A stretch of DNA of 64,000 nucleotides from a virus. The position numbers were made by a program, and so were the translations under genes. This document shows positions 6,621-14,358 of this stretch, piece by piece (position 1 is the stretch's first letter; the number at the start of each line of letters is the position of its first letter). The DNA is taken from positions 1 to 64,000 of the IMG/VR virus record IMGVR_UViG_3300045988_179398; one strand, written 5' to 3'. The notes beneath the pieces were generated by a model that saw nothing but the letters and a program-made list of their open reading frames with translations, was not told where the DNA came from and did no database searches.

Positions 6621-7844
6621 TTATTTCCTCCCAAGCTCCGAAATATCTTCCCAACCAGACACAATACCTTTGCGAATGTAATTGGCGGTCATATCGTCAA
6701 CCTTACCCGATAAAAAGTTGTGAATGAGTTCGGCTATTAAGACCGCCTCTTCTCTATTGCATCCTCTCGTTGTCGCTGCTGCAAAACCAATTCTTAACCC
6801 ACTCGTTTCAGACGGCTTTAACGTGTCGCCAGGAAGCATATTTTTATTGGTCGTTATACCAATGCTTTCAAGCTTCTTTTGGGCTTCTAAACCAGTTAAT
6901 CCATATGAATCAAGCGTGTTCAAAAGAAACAAGTGCGTTTCAGTTCCGCTTACTTTTGCTCCGAGTTCTGCCAATCTATCGCAACAAATTTTTGTGTTGT
7001 CCAAAACGTGGCAAATGTATCTCCGAAAAGCGATACTTTCTGCTTCGCTAAAGCATATCCCTTTCCCAGCGATTATATTCATTAACGGGCCGCCCTGATA
7101 ATAAGGAAATACCGCTGAGTTAATCTTTTTAATCAAATCGTCTCGGTTGGTCAATATCAGGCCGCCTCTCGGTCCTCGAAGCGTTTTGTGAACCGTTGAT
7201 GTTACGACGTCGGCATAATAGCAGGGGTTATCATATTCATCTGCCGCAACTAACCCAGCGATGTGAGCCATATCGACCATCAAATACGCCCCGATGCTGT
7301 CTGCGATTTCTCTAAATTTTTTAAAGTCGATTTTGAACGGATACGCGCTATATCCAGTTAAAATAACGTTTGGACGAAATTTTAAAGCATACTCCTGAAC
7401 TAAATCGTAATCTATTTTGCCATCGTTACCAAGCGGAAAGAAATGAAATTCATAAGTTTTGCTCGAAAAGCTAACGTCTGAACCGTGCGTCAAGTGAGCA
7501 CCGTCATTCAAACACATCGATAAAACACTCCCGCCATTCGGCATTAAAGCGCGATAAGCGGCGGCATTCGCTTGACTTCCGCTGTGCGGTTGCACATTTG
7601 CGTATTTGACATTGAAAAGGTTCTTTGCGTGCCTAATCGCGTATTCTTCTATCTTATCGATAAACTCGCATCCGCCATAATATCTCTTGTCGGGATAACC
7701 TTCAGCATATTTGTCCATTGCAATACTTCCACAAGCCTCGAGTATATCTTTACTGGGATAATTTTCACTCGCAATAAGTTCTATCCCTAAGTTTTGTCTC
7801 GCCAACTCGTAATCGAGCAGAGTTTTTATAATTGAATTGTCCAT
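6621..7844 (-). CDS. glyA: serine hydroxymethyltransferase
   Basis: ELIASENY, YYGGCEFID, VQPHSGSQANAAAY and the PLP-lysine motif TSTVHKTLRGPRGG. 407 aa. Confidence 0.9.
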   Translation of the reverse strand: MDNSIIKTLLDYELARQNLGIELIASENYPSKDILEACGSIAMDKYAEGYPDKRYYGGCEFIDKIEEYAIRHAKNLFNVKYANVQPHSGSQANAAAYRALMPNGGSVLSMCLNDGAHLTHGSDVSFSSKTYEFHFFPLGNDGKIDYDLVQEYALKFRPNVILTGYSAYPFKIDFKKFREIADSIGAYLMVDMAHIAGLVAADEYDNPCYYADVVTSTVHKTLRGPRGGLILTNRDDLIKKINSAVFPYYQGGPLMNIIAGKGICFSEAESIAFRRYICHVLDNTKICCDRLAELGAKVSGTETHLFLLNTLDSYGLTGLEAQKKLESIGITTNKNMLPGDTLKPSETSGLRIGFAAATTRGCNREEAVLIAELIHNFLSGKVDDMTANYIRKGIVSGWEDISELGRK

Positions 7845-8329
7845 TATTTGATCTCCTTAATTTCGGGGTCTATCGGGTTTCCGTTTGTGTCTAAAACAAC
7901 CGCGTATTTAACGAGATGAGCCGTATAAACTGCATCCCCGTTTTTATGGGTTTCGGAAAATATCTTTCCTCCGTCATCTTCGAGCCAACGCCATTCGCAA
8001 AGTTGGTTACACGTCAGATTTATCAATTTTTCCCTATCGGTAATCCCGCCAAACATTTCGAGGTTTTTCGCGTAAAGGCTATCAATGATTTTCTCTTGAA
8101 TTGCGTTTATATCGGTTTCGTCTCTTCCGATTTCAACGTCGACTTTATAAGTTTTTAACTTATACCTTTTTTGGGTGACTTTTTCGGGATTAGAAACGTC
8201 GAGCCAAGCAACCTCGTTACCCCAAACGTTCATACTCGTATAATAAGCGCAAAAAGGTTTTGATTCTTCGATTATATCGTCATATCCGTTATTTTTGAAA
8301 TATTTCTCTACTTTGTTGATGTCTATCAT
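7844..8329 (-). CDS. hypothetical protein (161 aa)
   Basis: Track ORF 7844-8407. I prefer ATG 8329 (MIDINKVEKY...) because GGAGG lies 5 nt upstream and the consensus promoter at 8352-8380 falls inside the longer ORF. Confidence 0.75.
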   Translation of the reverse strand: MIDINKVEKYFKNNGYDDIIEESKPFCAYYTSMNVWGNEVAWLDVSNPEKVTQKRYKLKTYKVDVEIGRDETDINAIQEKIIDSLYAKNLEMFGGITDREKLINLTCNQLCEWRWLEDDGGKIFSETHKNGDAVYTAHLVKYAVVLDTNGNPIDPEIKEIK

Positions 8330-8351
8330 ATTTACCTCCATCTTCACTTCT

Positions 8352-8380
8352 ATTATACCACATCGAAACCCGTTTGTCAA
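8352..8380 (-). promoter_or_regulatory. sigma70/SigA-type promoter (perfect consensus)
   Basis: Minus strand reads TTGACA (rc 8375-8380), 17-nt spacer ending in TGG, TATAAT (rc 8352-8357). Confidence 0.8.
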
Positions 8381-8490
8381 GCGTTTTGCTAAACTTTTTT
8401 TTGACAACGCAGTGACACAATTTTATAAGTGGTTGTTGCACAAATTGCACTACCCACAAATACGGCAAATTCGCCATAATTAGACGGTAA

Positions 8491-8514
8491 TAACCCCTCG
8501 CTTTCGAGGGGTTA
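8491..8514 (-). terminator. stem-loop terminator after ORF 8527-9153
   Basis: TAACCCCTCG-CTTT-CGAGGGGTTA, a perfect 10-bp stem. The downstream tract on the minus strand is only moderately U-rich. Confidence 0.55.
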
Positions 8515-8526
8515 TTTGGGGTTACG

Positions 8527-9153
8527 TTAGTTAAGCTTTTCGTCCGTCTTTTCTTCGAACGCTTTATCAACCGCTTCGTTGTCAATCGTGTCTTTGAGAT
8601 TATTCAACGCGGGGTCGTTCATACGAGCAATATCGGCGATGTTTTTAATTACCTCGGGGTCGATCTCGTCTTTCATTCCACGGATTTTCTCCGTAACTTC
8701 GCTCAAGCTCCCGACGTCAACTTCTCTTATGCTCTGAACCAGTTCCATAAGGTTTTGGTAAGAAAGCGTGCGTTCCATCATACGAACGAGACGGTCATAA
8801 TCTTTTCCGCAAAATTCGAGAATGTAATCGGCAAGCCCCGACTGATAAATCAGGTCGTAATTCTCGTAATTCTTTATATCGATATTTACTTCTGGTTCGA
8901 TATTCACATACGAGAGAAGTCCGTCGAAGCAACACGCGATTTCGAGCCCTGCCGTGAAAAATGCTTCGGGAACGTCGATGTCTTTATCGCTGTCTATAAT
9001 CATACGGACGAGCGCGACAACCTTATCCTGCATCGGCAAATAAGCACGGATTACGAGACCTTGAAGCATGTCGTTATAAGTTTTAACAGCTGCTTCGTCT
9101 TCGGGGTTTTTGATGAACGCGTCACAAACGTTTAATATTTCTTGAAGTTTCAT
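8527..9153 (-). CDS. hypothetical protein (208 aa)
   Basis: Track ORF with AGGAGGG upstream. Confidence 0.75.
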   Translation of the reverse strand: MKLQEILNVCDAFIKNPEDEAAVKTYNDMLQGLVIRAYLPMQDKVVALVRMIIDSDKDIDVPEAFFTAGLEIACCFDGLLSYVNIEPEVNIDIKNYENYDLIYQSGLADYILEFCGKDYDRLVRMMERTLSYQNLMELVQSIREVDVGSLSEVTEKIRGMKDEIDPEVIKNIADIARMNDPALNNLKDTIDNEAVDKAFEEKTDEKLN

Positions 9154-9156
9154 AAT

Positions 9157-9522
9157 TTAGCCCTCCTGCTCGTCGGGTTCTCCACCGAGCACAACTATTT
9201 CTTCTTTGGGAAGTGTATAATACCAATTGCCGTGTAATTTTACCATTGCTCGAAGTGCATACGGGAAAATACTCGTCATCTCCCACGTGAGATTATCGGT
9301 AAATACCGCGCAATCATCTTCTGTCGGCATCAAGTCTTTGGTAATGAGTTCGAGCTTCGCTCGACAACCTTGCTTTGCGAGCTTTTCGGTCACTTCTTCG
9401 TAGTGCCTCTGCCCACCGAGATAGTAACATCTATGCCCTTGTGAAAATTCATCCTGAATCATTGTGATGAGGAATTGAGTTTTCCCGCCCTTCTTTGGGG
9501 CAACATATCCGAGTTTAATCAT
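9157..9522 (-). CDS. small P-loop protein (121 aa)
   Basis: Walker-A-like APKKGGKT near the N-terminus. Function unknown. Confidence 0.65.
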   Translation of the reverse strand: MIKLGYVAPKKGGKTQFLITMIQDEFSQGHRCYYLGGQRHYEEVTEKLAKQGCRAKLELITKDLMPTEDDCAVFTDNLTWEMTSIFPYALRAMVKLHGNWYYTLPKEEIVVLGGEPDEQEG

Positions 9523-10093
9523 TTTTATTTATTTCCTTTTCTTTTATTTCTTTTTCGTTTTTTACTTTTAATTTTTCAGCCAACCCACACGGGTAAAACT
9601 CTGTGCAAGTATATCCGCGATAAACGCAGTTCGGGACAAGTAACCCTTTGAATTCGGGGTTCACTTCTTCCACCTGTCTGCATATTTCCGCCACAACCTG
9701 TCGCGTTTCAGGCGAAGCCTGTGTGCATAAACGCTTACGGGCGATTACCATCAATTCTTGGGCATTCATTGCCCAGCACATATCTACGGGTTGATTTTGC
9801 GGCGCTTCCCCACGGTCGTAATTCGATTGGCGGTCATTTCTTTGCGTTTTAACAAACGGCGTTGCATGAACGTGTCGGCATAAATGAACGCTTACCCAAT
9901 ATGAGATATTCGTAATCCTGAATACGAATTGCAACGTTCTTATCGGGCTGTGTTCTGCCGCGAGTATTTTGTGTTTCCATTCAGCTGTTGGGAGCTTATC
10001 GCTGTCTTTCCCGACCGTGACCAATGTGCATTTTTTGCACAAAAGCCAATCTTCGTCGGTCGGGCGCTTTAATATTTCGACTTTAAAGTCCAT
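9515..10093 (-). CDS. thyX: ThyX-like (flavin-dependent thymidylate synthase fold) protein with a non-canonical signature
   Basis: AEHSPIRTLQFVFRITNISYWVSVHLCRHVHATPFVKTQRN aligns with the ThyX motif RHRxxSxxxxSxRY but reads RHVxxTxxxxTxRN. The downstream segment NAQELMVIARKRLCTQASPETR is also ThyX-like. Only 192 aa. Confidence 0.7.
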   Translation of the reverse strand: MDFKVEILKRPTDEDWLLCKKCTLVTVGKDSDKLPTAEWKHKILAAEHSPIRTLQFVFRITNISYWVSVHLCRHVHATPFVKTQRNDRQSNYDRGEAPQNQPVDMCWAMNAQELMVIARKRLCTQASPETRQVVAEICRQVEEVNPEFKGLLVPNCVYRGYTCTEFYPCGLAEKLKVKNEKEIKEKEINKND

Positions 10094-11076
10094 CAGTACA
10101 CCTCATCTGCAAGAGATTTTATTTTTGGTTTCTCTATACCATATTGTTCGAATAAATCTATTTGCGGAGCATATTCTCCAAAGTATTTTGCTTCTGCCTC
10201 TAAACGAGCTTTTATAGCTTCATCCTTTTCTTTAAATCGTTTATGAAGTTTATAATCATCATCTATTTTTAACGTCGCCATCCACAATGAACGTTCTTTA
10301 CACCAATGAACGCCGATAATTCCAGAAGTGTTTGTGCATTTTATTCCTTTATTGAAATTATTTTCTCTTTGCGAGCACTTGCGCAAATTGTTCCGACGGT
10401 TATTTAATTCATTTCTATCTATGTGATCGTAATTTGAAAAACCAAGATATACATGTTGCCTTATCTTTTTCCCGTTTACAACCCCGCTTAACCTTTTCAT
10501 ATTGGTCCATTCTGTATTTTCAATCCAATAAATATCTTTTACTTTTTCATAATCTTCTAAATCAATATAAAACGGTGTTCCTTTTTGCGTATATCCAACA
10601 ACATAATTTTCATGTATTTCATATTTATTTCTTTTTCTACGCTGTTCTCGTTCTTCTTTTGCTAAACAACCACAAGATAATCTACTTCCATATAAAATAC
10701 TTCCGCCAGATAATTCAAATTGTTTTTTGTTTCCACATCGGCATTCACACATCCACATCCAATTATTTTGCTTATTTTGTTTTGTGCGATAAATTACTTT
10801 AATACGGCTTCTAGGAATTCCGTGTTCCCACATTTTCCAACCCGTAATATCCTTAAAATAACGATTTTCTTTTTTATAACATCCGCAACTTATGTTATCC
10901 TCGTGTCTTAAATCATATGAGGATTTAATAACCTCTTTACCACATTCACATAAACACTTCCATTTTGTGACGTGACCACCTTTTGGTGAAATATAAGTCG
11001 GTGCTCTTTCTATTACGGTAAGTCTCCCGAATTTTCGTCCAGTCAAATCTTTTAATGCCATTTTAATTAACTCCAT
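10093..11076 (-). CDS. free-standing HNH homing-type endonuclease with an AP2-like DNA-binding domain
   Basis: DHIDRNELNNRRNNLRKCSQRENN (HNH) followed by GIIGVHWCKERSLWMATLKIDD...AEAKYFGEYA (AP2-like). N-terminal repeats of W.C.C.CG...SCGC. An alternative start lies at 11061. Confidence 0.8.
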   Translation of the reverse strand: MELIKMALKDLTGRKFGRLTVIERAPTYISPKGGHVTKWKCLCECGKEVIKSSYDLRHEDNISCGCYKKENRYFKDITGWKMWEHGIPRSRIKVIYRTKQNKQNNWMWMCECRCGNKKQFELSGGSILYGSRLSCGCLAKEEREQRRKRNKYEIHENYVVGYTQKGTPFYIDLEDYEKVKDIYWIENTEWTNMKRLSGVVNGKKIRQHVYLGFSNYDHIDRNELNNRRNNLRKCSQRENNFNKGIKCTNTSGIIGVHWCKERSLWMATLKIDDDYKLHKRFKEKDEAIKARLEAEAKYFGEYAPQIDLFEQYGIEKPKIKSLADEVY

Positions 11077-11794
11077 CTGCCCAAGAGCAAAATTTTGACC
11101 TGTAAACTTTCGTTAGTTTGACTTCTGTAACAAAATCACAATCAGTGACCGCATTCATATATTTTGGTAACGCTGAATCGGAAGGATACTTCAAATCACA
11201 TTGAGAAGAACATCCCAAAACAACAACTTTACAATTTTTCCCAACTCTTGTCAGCACCTTCTTTGCTTTTCTCATGTCATAATTCTCGAATTCATCTACG
11301 ATTATAAAAGCATTATCTATGGTTTGTCCCCGCATAAACGTTTCGCCTGTAAAAATAACTTTCGCCGAACCAAATTTTTGCGCTTCCATATCGTCATCAC
11401 TAATAATTGTTTGGGCGGGATCATATCCCCATTGTAATATTGCCTGATCAAGAGCTGTCCTCATCGGCAAACATTTTGTGTTAAAATCTCCAGGTAACAT
11501 CCCAATTGAAGATACCTCTACCGTTGGGTTAATTATATAGTACATTTTGTCAAACATTTTAAGTTCATTTGTCATAAGGAGTCCGCATCCGACCGCTACA
11601 CTAGTTTTTGACGTCCCAGCCTTCGCGTTTACAAAAATACCAATATTTTTCTCATTGAAAATTGCTTTAATATAATCTTTTTGTTCATCGTCTAATTCAT
11701 AAGGAAATCTTTTCCAATAAGTATAATCCAATGGGTTTTTTAAAATTTCAATTTGTTTTTGTTCGGTGTTTGCACTGCTTTTCTTTGTCGCCAT
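11063..11794 (-). CDS. phoH: PhoH-like ATPase
   Basis: Walker A NAKAGTSKTS, Walker B FIIVDEFENY, and a VVVLGCSSQCD segment typical of PhoH-family proteins. Confidence 0.7.
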   Translation of the reverse strand: MATKKSSANTEQKQIEILKNPLDYTYWKRFPYELDDEQKDYIKAIFNEKNIGIFVNAKAGTSKTSVAVGCGLLMTNELKMFDKMYYIINPTVEVSSIGMLPGDFNTKCLPMRTALDQAILQWGYDPAQTIISDDDMEAQKFGSAKVIFTGETFMRGQTIDNAFIIVDEFENYDMRKAKKVLTRVGKNCKVVVLGCSSQCDLKYPSDSALPKYMNAVTDCDFVTEVKLTKVYRSKFCSWADGVN

Positions 11795-11802
11795 AAATCA
11801 CC

Positions 11803-12489
11803 TCACAACAACTCGCTTATATCGGTTATAATTTCATCAACGATCCCGAGTTCAAGTTGTTCTTCGCCATTTATATACCATTCGGATTTCTTTTTCTTTT
11901 TGAGCAATTCTTTCGAAATTTTAGTCCTATTGAGAACACGAGCGTTTAAGGTCTCCAGCTGTTTAGGATATTGCGCTGTTTGCGACTGTATCTGTTCGGC
12001 TGTTCCAGAAACACCTGCTGAACCAGAATGATATAATGCCTTCGAATTTTTGAGGGCAAATCTTTTATGTCCACTAATCAAAATATCAAATCCTGCGGAG
12101 AGCGCAATTCCCATGTTATAAGTATAAACGGGCGTCTTTGAAATCTCGATTATGTCTGCAATATGAAAAATTTCCTCGACTCCGCCGCCGCAAGTATATA
12201 TAAACAATTTAATCGGTTTGCGTGATTCGATCGGAATATTTTTTTCATTATCTTCCCTATTCCACGCCAAAATCATTTTGGTAATAGGAATAGCTGTAGT
12301 TTCATCAACCAAGTCATCGAGCCATACGGTTCTGTTTTTTAACCCGTCGTAATACATATAGAGATCGGGGTTGGGCAACTTCGGATCTTCATCCATGCGC
12401 GTAGCATAATCCATATTGAGATTAGCGACACTTAAAAACAAAGAATCCATATCTTTTGGAATAAAGTCTTCGATATGTTTTTTAGCCAT
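11803..12489 (-). CDS. ClpP-family serine protease-like protein
   Basis: IYTCGGGVEE, GIALSAGFDILISGHKRFALKNSKALYHSGS. Compare the ClpP patterns INSPGGSV, G.AAS.G and IHQP. Confidence 0.7.
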   Translation of the reverse strand: MAKKHIEDFIPKDMDSLFLSVANLNMDYATRMDEDPKLPNPDLYMYYDGLKNRTVWLDDLVDETTAIPITKMILAWNREDNEKNIPIESRKPIKLFIYTCGGGVEEIFHIADIIEISKTPVYTYNMGIALSAGFDILISGHKRFALKNSKALYHSGSAGVSGTAEQIQSQTAQYPKQLETLNARVLNRTKISKELLKKKKKSEWYINGEEQLELGIVDEIITDISELL

Positions 12490-12501
12490 ATTTTCTCCTT
12501 T

Positions 12502-12554
12502 GACGATTCTTAATCGTCTAACAGCATTATAACATACATATCATAGATTGTCAA
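12502..12554 (-). promoter_or_regulatory. sigma70/SigA-type promoter (perfect consensus) plus a leader hairpin
   Basis: Minus strand reads TTGACA (rc 12549-12554), 17-nt spacer ending in TGT, TATAAT (rc 12526-12531). The leader hairpin GACGATT-CTT-AATCGTC lies at 12502-12518, before the SD of the ClpP-like gene. Confidence 0.8.
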
Positions 12555-12627
12555 CTGAAATTACATACAAAATTTTAAAAATATTTTTATTTTTGTTGCT
12601 TTTGCAATCACACATTTTTAATAATTA

Positions 12628-12636
12628 TGTTACAAT
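12628..12636 (+). promoter_or_regulatory. extended -10 promoter candidate (TGT-TACAAT)
   Basis: TGTTACAAT at 12628-12636. No good -35. It faces the ORF-free structured region. Confidence 0.4.
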
Positions 12637-12642
12637 GCCCCC

Positions 12643-13010
12643 GAAACTGAATAGGTATCAGCGGACGCGCCACCGCTTCAACAACAGGACTGCCACAAGA
12701 TACTGTCGCCACACACCGACATATTTTGCGTAAGAGGATCGTGGACACCAAACAAAACCTCAATAAAAAAGACGGTGGGCTTAGGAAGGCGAAGAAGAGA
12801 GCGCTTACCTCGATAAAGACGTTATGGATTCGCGTGTAACGAGAGGTATGACGATGTGAAATCATTGTTTATATGTGTGTTATAGCAGAACGGAAACTCA
12901 AGCAGGGGAAGTTTGTGAAAAGGGTATAATGTTGTCCCATTACCGCATGGGAGCATTATACCCAAAACACAGAACCATATTTCTCGCAGGGGAAGGTTTG
13001 TGTTCATATT
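12643..13010 (+). ncRNA. candidate large structured ncRNA or regulatory element (strand and ends uncertain)
   Basis: No SD-led ORF on either strand and more GC-rich than its flanks. Many helices, including a perfect 10-bp stem GGGTATAATG/CATTATACCC (12922-12963) flanked by two similar stem-loops whose loops carry GCAGGGGAAG. The last one is followed by a T-rich run. Confidence 0.45.
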
Positions 13011-13055
13011 ATTTCTTATATTTTTTACATAGTTTTCATATTTAATAAAGTTTTT

Positions 13056-13082
13056 GGGTGTAATTAGGGTGGTTTGGGTGGG
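13056..13082 (+). other. G-tract cluster / GGGTG iteron-like repeats in an AT-rich spacer
   Basis: GGG-N8-GGG-N6-GGG-N1-GGG. TGGGTG, AGGGTG and TGGGTG are spaced 9-11 nt apart. Confidence 0.4.
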
Positions 13083-13150
13083 TAAAGTGTAGTTTATTTT
13101 GAATAAATATAAAAATATATATTTTTTGTGTATAATTTATACAAGTTTAA

Positions 13151-13179
13151 TTGACAATATAAATATTCTATGTTATAAT
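13151..13179 (+). promoter_or_regulatory. sigma70/SigA-type promoter (perfect consensus)
   Basis: TTGACA (13151-13156), 17-nt spacer ending in TGT, TATAAT (13174-13179). Heads the rightward gene block. Confidence 0.8.
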
Positions 13180-13199
13180 AAAGTTGTAAGTTAGAAAAT

Positions 13200-13820
13200 A
13201 TGTATTCCAACAAGGAGGAAAACGATGACGTGAAAGTATTTTTAGATTGTGATGATACGATTATAGATTCTTCCAAATGTATTATCAATTTATTAAATAA
13301 GAAAAACGGAACAAATAAAACAATTAAGGATTTAAAAGATTTCCATTATCTCTCAATTGACAAAACTTTAACAAATAATGATGTGATTGAATTATTTGAA
13401 TCTGACGACTTCTGGGACACGGTTCATTATAGCCAAGAATTTTTAAGATATAACCGATTCTTAGATAATAATTTTGAAGTTGAAATCGTAAGTTGTGGAA
13501 CAAGGTTAAATTTGGAGAAAAAAGAAAAATATCTGAAAGATTTGGGTTATAAATTCACAGGCGTTTTAATCGATAATGATATGAATTTATGCAAAAGGCA
13601 TATAAATATGCAGGGTGGAATTCAAATCGATGATAATATACAGAGTATTGAAAATACAAACGCCGCAATAAAAATTCTTTTTCAAGGTGGTAATAATTTT
13701 CCGTGGAATAGGGTTAAACCAAATGTAGATAATTTGTATGTTGCTCAAACATGGGAAGAAGTTTATCAGATTTTAGAATTTTTTAAGAAAAATCCAGAAT
13801 TTGTTTATAAAGGATATTGA
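13200..13820 (+). CDS. HAD-superfamily phosphatase, 5'(3')-deoxyribonucleotidase-like
   Basis: Motif I VFLDCDDTIIDS (DxDxT). The start is either ATG 13200 or in-frame GTG 13230, which is better placed after AAGGAGG at 13212-13218. Confidence 0.65.
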   Translation: MYSNKEENDDVKVFLDCDDTIIDSSKCIINLLNKKNGTNKTIKDLKDFHYLSIDKTLTNNDVIELFESDDFWDTVHYSQEFLRYNRFLDNNFEVEIVSCGTRLNLEKKEKYLKDLGYKFTGVLIDNDMNLCKRHINMQGGIQIDDNIQSIENTNAAIKILFQGGNNFPWNRVKPNVDNLYVAQTWEEVYQILEFFKKNPEFVYKGY

Positions 13821-13821
13821 G

Positions 13822-14346
13822 ATGAAAATAATTTTAATTTCGGGTGCCGCTCAAAACGGAAAAGATTCTTCGGCTTTTATAATGAAAGAATTGTTGGAAA
13901 AGCAACAGAAGAAGGTCCTGATAATTCATTATGCCGATAATCTTAAACTTTTTGCAAAAAATTATTTTGGTTGGAATGGAATTAAGGACGAAAAAGGTCG
14001 CCGATTATTACAGTGGCTTGGAACCGATGTAATTCGTAAAACTTATCCTGATACTTGGGTAGATATGGTCGCGGCATTGTTAAAAGGTATAAAAACATTG
14101 TACGATTATGTAATTATTCCAGATGTTCGTTTCCCAAATGAAATCGACAAAATGTGTGATGATTTTAATTGTGTCACGGTTCGTGTAATTCGCCCTAATT
14201 TTGACAATGGTTTAACCGATGAGCAGAAAAAACATCCAAGTGAGACGGCGCTTGATAATTATCCAATGGAGTATGAGTTAATTAACGACGGTGACTTGGA
14301 AAAATTATTAGAAACAACGAAAACATTTCTTAAAAATATTGGCTAA
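13822..14346 (+). CDS. deoxynucleoside monophosphate kinase-like P-loop protein
   Basis: MKIILISGAAQNGKDS (GxxxxGKD P-loop typical of phage dNMP kinases). ATG 13822 preferred over the track start at 13801. Confidence 0.65.
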   Translation: MKIILISGAAQNGKDSSAFIMKELLEKQQKKVLIIHYADNLKLFAKNYFGWNGIKDEKGRRLLQWLGTDVIRKTYPDTWVDMVAALLKGIKTLYDYVIIPDVRFPNEIDKMCDDFNCVTVRVIRPNFDNGLTDEQKKHPSETALDNYPMEYELINDGDLEKLLETTKTFLKNIG

Positions 14347-14358
14347 AAGGAGAAAATA

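Noticed and set aside
6015-6713. 232-aa plus-strand ORF, and similar antisense ORFs at 22279-22878, 24696-25301, 28678-29238, 29244-29834, 36151-36591 and 38286-38879
   Set aside because: All lie antisense within strongly supported genes, lack an SD, and have unnatural composition.
12886-13006. Two repeats of about 32 nt (CAGAAC...GCAGGGGAAGKTTTGTG) around a 50-nt segment, considered as a mini-CRISPR array or solitary repeat unit
   Set aside because: There are only two copies and only their 3' halves are conserved. The 'spacer' is itself a perfect palindrome, each repeat folds with its own flank, and no cas genes are present.
12548-13007. ORFs of 61-85 aa in the track (12548-12733 +, 12608-12865 -, 12822-13007 -) and a 34-codon GTG ORF at 12740
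   Set aside because: None has a correctly spaced SD. They overlap one another and the predicted helices.
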